This document shows positions 61,905-64,000 of a stretch of DNA of 64,000 nt, in pieces; the first letter of the stretch is position 1, and each line of letters opens with the position of its first letter. A model generated the notes under the pieces. That model was not told where the DNA came from. It was given only the letters and a program-made list of their open reading frames with translations, and made no database searches. Location of the stretch: contig JAPEUG010000022.1 in the NCBI GenBank assembly GCA_026025795.1, positions 1 to 64,000 on the forward strand, read 5' to 3'. Position numbers and translations under genes: made by a program. Source of the stretch: Thelocarpon superellum. Lineage: Eukaryota.

Positions 61905-62050
61905 TCAGTCCGACGGCTGGATACTCCACTCTTTCTGCCTTCAGCTCAGTTCGATGGCTAGACACTCTGCTCTCTGCCTTTCGCCTTCAGCTCAGTTCAA
62001 TGGCCAGATACTCTGCTGTCTGCCTTTCGCCTCCAGCTCATTTCAATGGC
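61905..62050 (+). repeat. ~46-bp minisatellite, about 3 units, upstream of the secreted protein gene
   Basis: TCAGTTC(G/A)ATGGC.AGA.ACTCTGCT.TCTGCCTTTCGCCT.CAGC units start at 61905 (diverged), 61946, 61992 and 62038 (partial). Confidence 0.85.
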
Positions 62051-62242
62051 GTTATGCAGCTCGGCCAATTTCCCCGGGTGTTCCTCAGCCTGCAGCCTGC
62101 CTCAGGCTGTCGGCTGGGTATAAGAATGAGATGGGCTTCCATCTCTCCCGCGAGCGCTGAGCCAGGGGGTCCCGGATGATCACCTGCTCTTCGTGCTTTC
62201 CTCGATCGACTTCCATCAGGAACACCGATACTTCGTCTCATC

Positions 62243-64000
62243 ATGTCTCATCGTTTCTGCCGACTCGTCCTGCTGGGCTTGGCCGGTGGGCATCTCGCAT
62301 CGGTCGGGGGCATCACCGTCCCGACAACTGATGTGGTGACGACCACTACCACAGGCACGTGTTCTACGTCCTCCATGGTCACGCCTCCCGGCTCGCCGAG
62401 TGATAAGCCCGCAAGCAGCGCTCCGGCTTACAATAGAACTGTGGCTCCCTCAATCATCAGTGGAGGTGCCGCTCTCTCAGCCATCAGTGGAGGCGGCGCT
62501 CCTTCGGCCGTCAGTGGAGGCGCCACTCCTTCAATCACGGCCGCTGTGAACCTGGCCAGCCTCGGTCTTAATCACAGTGGTAGCGCTGCTCTCCCAGCCC
62601 TGGCGACCGCATACGCGACCTTCAACGGCAAATTCGTAAGCATCTATGGGAACGGTACAGCGCTCCCCCCCGACGCTCCAGCTCCAAACTGGACCGTGTT
62701 GGCTTCCGAACTCCCCATGGCTCCTACCATCCCCGAGCCTTCGCCTCAGCCCGCTAGCGACCCTGCTACTGGTCAGCTCATCCGTACCGTGCAAGACAAG
62801 GTTCTGCGAGACTACGAGGCCTACTCCACCTTTTCCTGTTTCCAGGCCGGAGACACTTTTGATTGCTCGGGTCCCTGGCTCTACGCCGATCAATGGGACA
62901 ACAGCAGCACTCTTTCGAATCTGGTGACGCAGAATACCGCGTTGGATCCCTCATACTACTGCTCGTACGATACAACGTACCTTCAATCATCGGACTTTGA
63001 TCGGACCTTCTACGGCTTCACTGCCGCGAATCTTACAGCTTCCTTGCAGTCGATGGCCAACTACAGCTCACTGTGGGCTGCTGGAGCTTGCGCGTCAAAC
63101 TCCAGCTGTGCTGCCGCCTATCAAAACGACACGGAGCAAATGTACTCGGACTTTCAGGGCTACATCCGAACCGGCTTCTTTAACTCTATGACCGCGGCGC
63201 TGCAGAACGACTCTCTTTCATATTGTCCCTCGCAGATCACCGGGCCCGGATCGCTCATCACATACGCAACGTCCTACTTCGATGGCAGCAAAGAATACTT
63301 CGGGCTGCATAATCCCGTCTTCGTTGGTGGAGTTGCCGAATCGATCAATGGGACTCTTGAGGAAGCTCGACTGGAATTGGGCCTGACCATGGCAAACAAT
63401 GCCGCACGAGCAGAGGCAGTCTTTCTCAACATGATCTTCTTCGCTCCTCTCTCGAGCACGACAACCTCAAAACGCTCAGTCGATGACGAAGAGGTGTATC
63501 CTGGCTGCACGAGACGAGAATACGTCATGAAGGGTAGCTGCGATGGCGTGCTCCCTCCTCGCCATTACGATTTGGCTGGAAGGTTCATGCCGATGAAAGA
63601 TCGCGATCAGAGTAGGTGACTCTGTCCCCATCACCCTAAGCCCCTATCAAAGAGCAGGCAGCTGACACACCACACCGAACAGTGAAGGTCTTAGGATTAA
63701 ACCGCCGCGACCTTGACAATACCCGTCTCGTGCTCCGCGACAGCAGCTGCGACGCACAACAGAACTCCCTCGTTTCCGACATTCAATACGTTCAGACAGC
63801 CCGCGCTCTTTTCAGCCTCGCTTTCGATTACGTCGCCACCGCGGGGCTCCTCCCCCTCGCTACCGAAGTCGGCGGCACTGTCGCCCTCGTCATCAATGCC
63901 TACGCCCTCCTGGAAATGCTCATACTAAGTTTCTTGGCCGAGTGCGCGGTATTCAACACCTGCAACGGCCTCCCGCCTGCCATCGTCGCCATCGCCAAGG
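62243..64000 (+). CDS. Large secreted protein of unknown function (continues beyond window)
   Basis: Signal peptide, Ser/Thr/Pro-rich stalk with ISGG repeats, and a Cys-containing domain. Intron 63612-63682 (GTAGGT..GCTGAC..CAG) bypasses the 63619 stop, and the frame stays open to 64000. Confidence 0.78.

Noticed and set aside
1..64000. tRNA, rRNA, snRNA, CRISPR or telomere arrays
   Set aside because: None recognised by eye. The repeats lack unique spacers and the DNA is eukaryotic. A covariance-model scan would be needed to exclude small ncRNAs.

Overview
Eukaryotic DNA from a filamentous ascomycete (Pezizomycotina-like). This rests on short GT-AG introns with CTRAC-type branch sites and fungal-specific families such as Zn2Cys6 and PTH11-like proteins. 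The window holds about 25 protein-coding genes. Housekeeping genes: DPH3, frataxin, AP-3 sigma, cytosolic LeuRS, a BRD8-like bromodomain protein, a DOCK-family GEF, RPS8, and an O6-alkylguanine alkyltransferase that the ORF track misses. Other genes: phospholipase B, a Zn2Cys6 factor, an acid phosphatase, an SDR, a PTH11-like receptor and several secreted or orphan proteins. Also present: a hAT-type MITE with TIRs and an 8-bp TSD, a Gypsy pol remnant, three disrupted genes and a few tandem repeats. I found no tRNA, rRNA or CRISPR, and no clear novel multi-gene system. The best leads are a two-state RNA structure around a putative RPS8 5'-UTR splice donor, four DVGGLL dileucine-type motifs in the receptor tail, and unusual substitutions in conserved LeuRS motifs. 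All family assignments are from remembered motifs, not database searches, and exon boundaries were called by eye.
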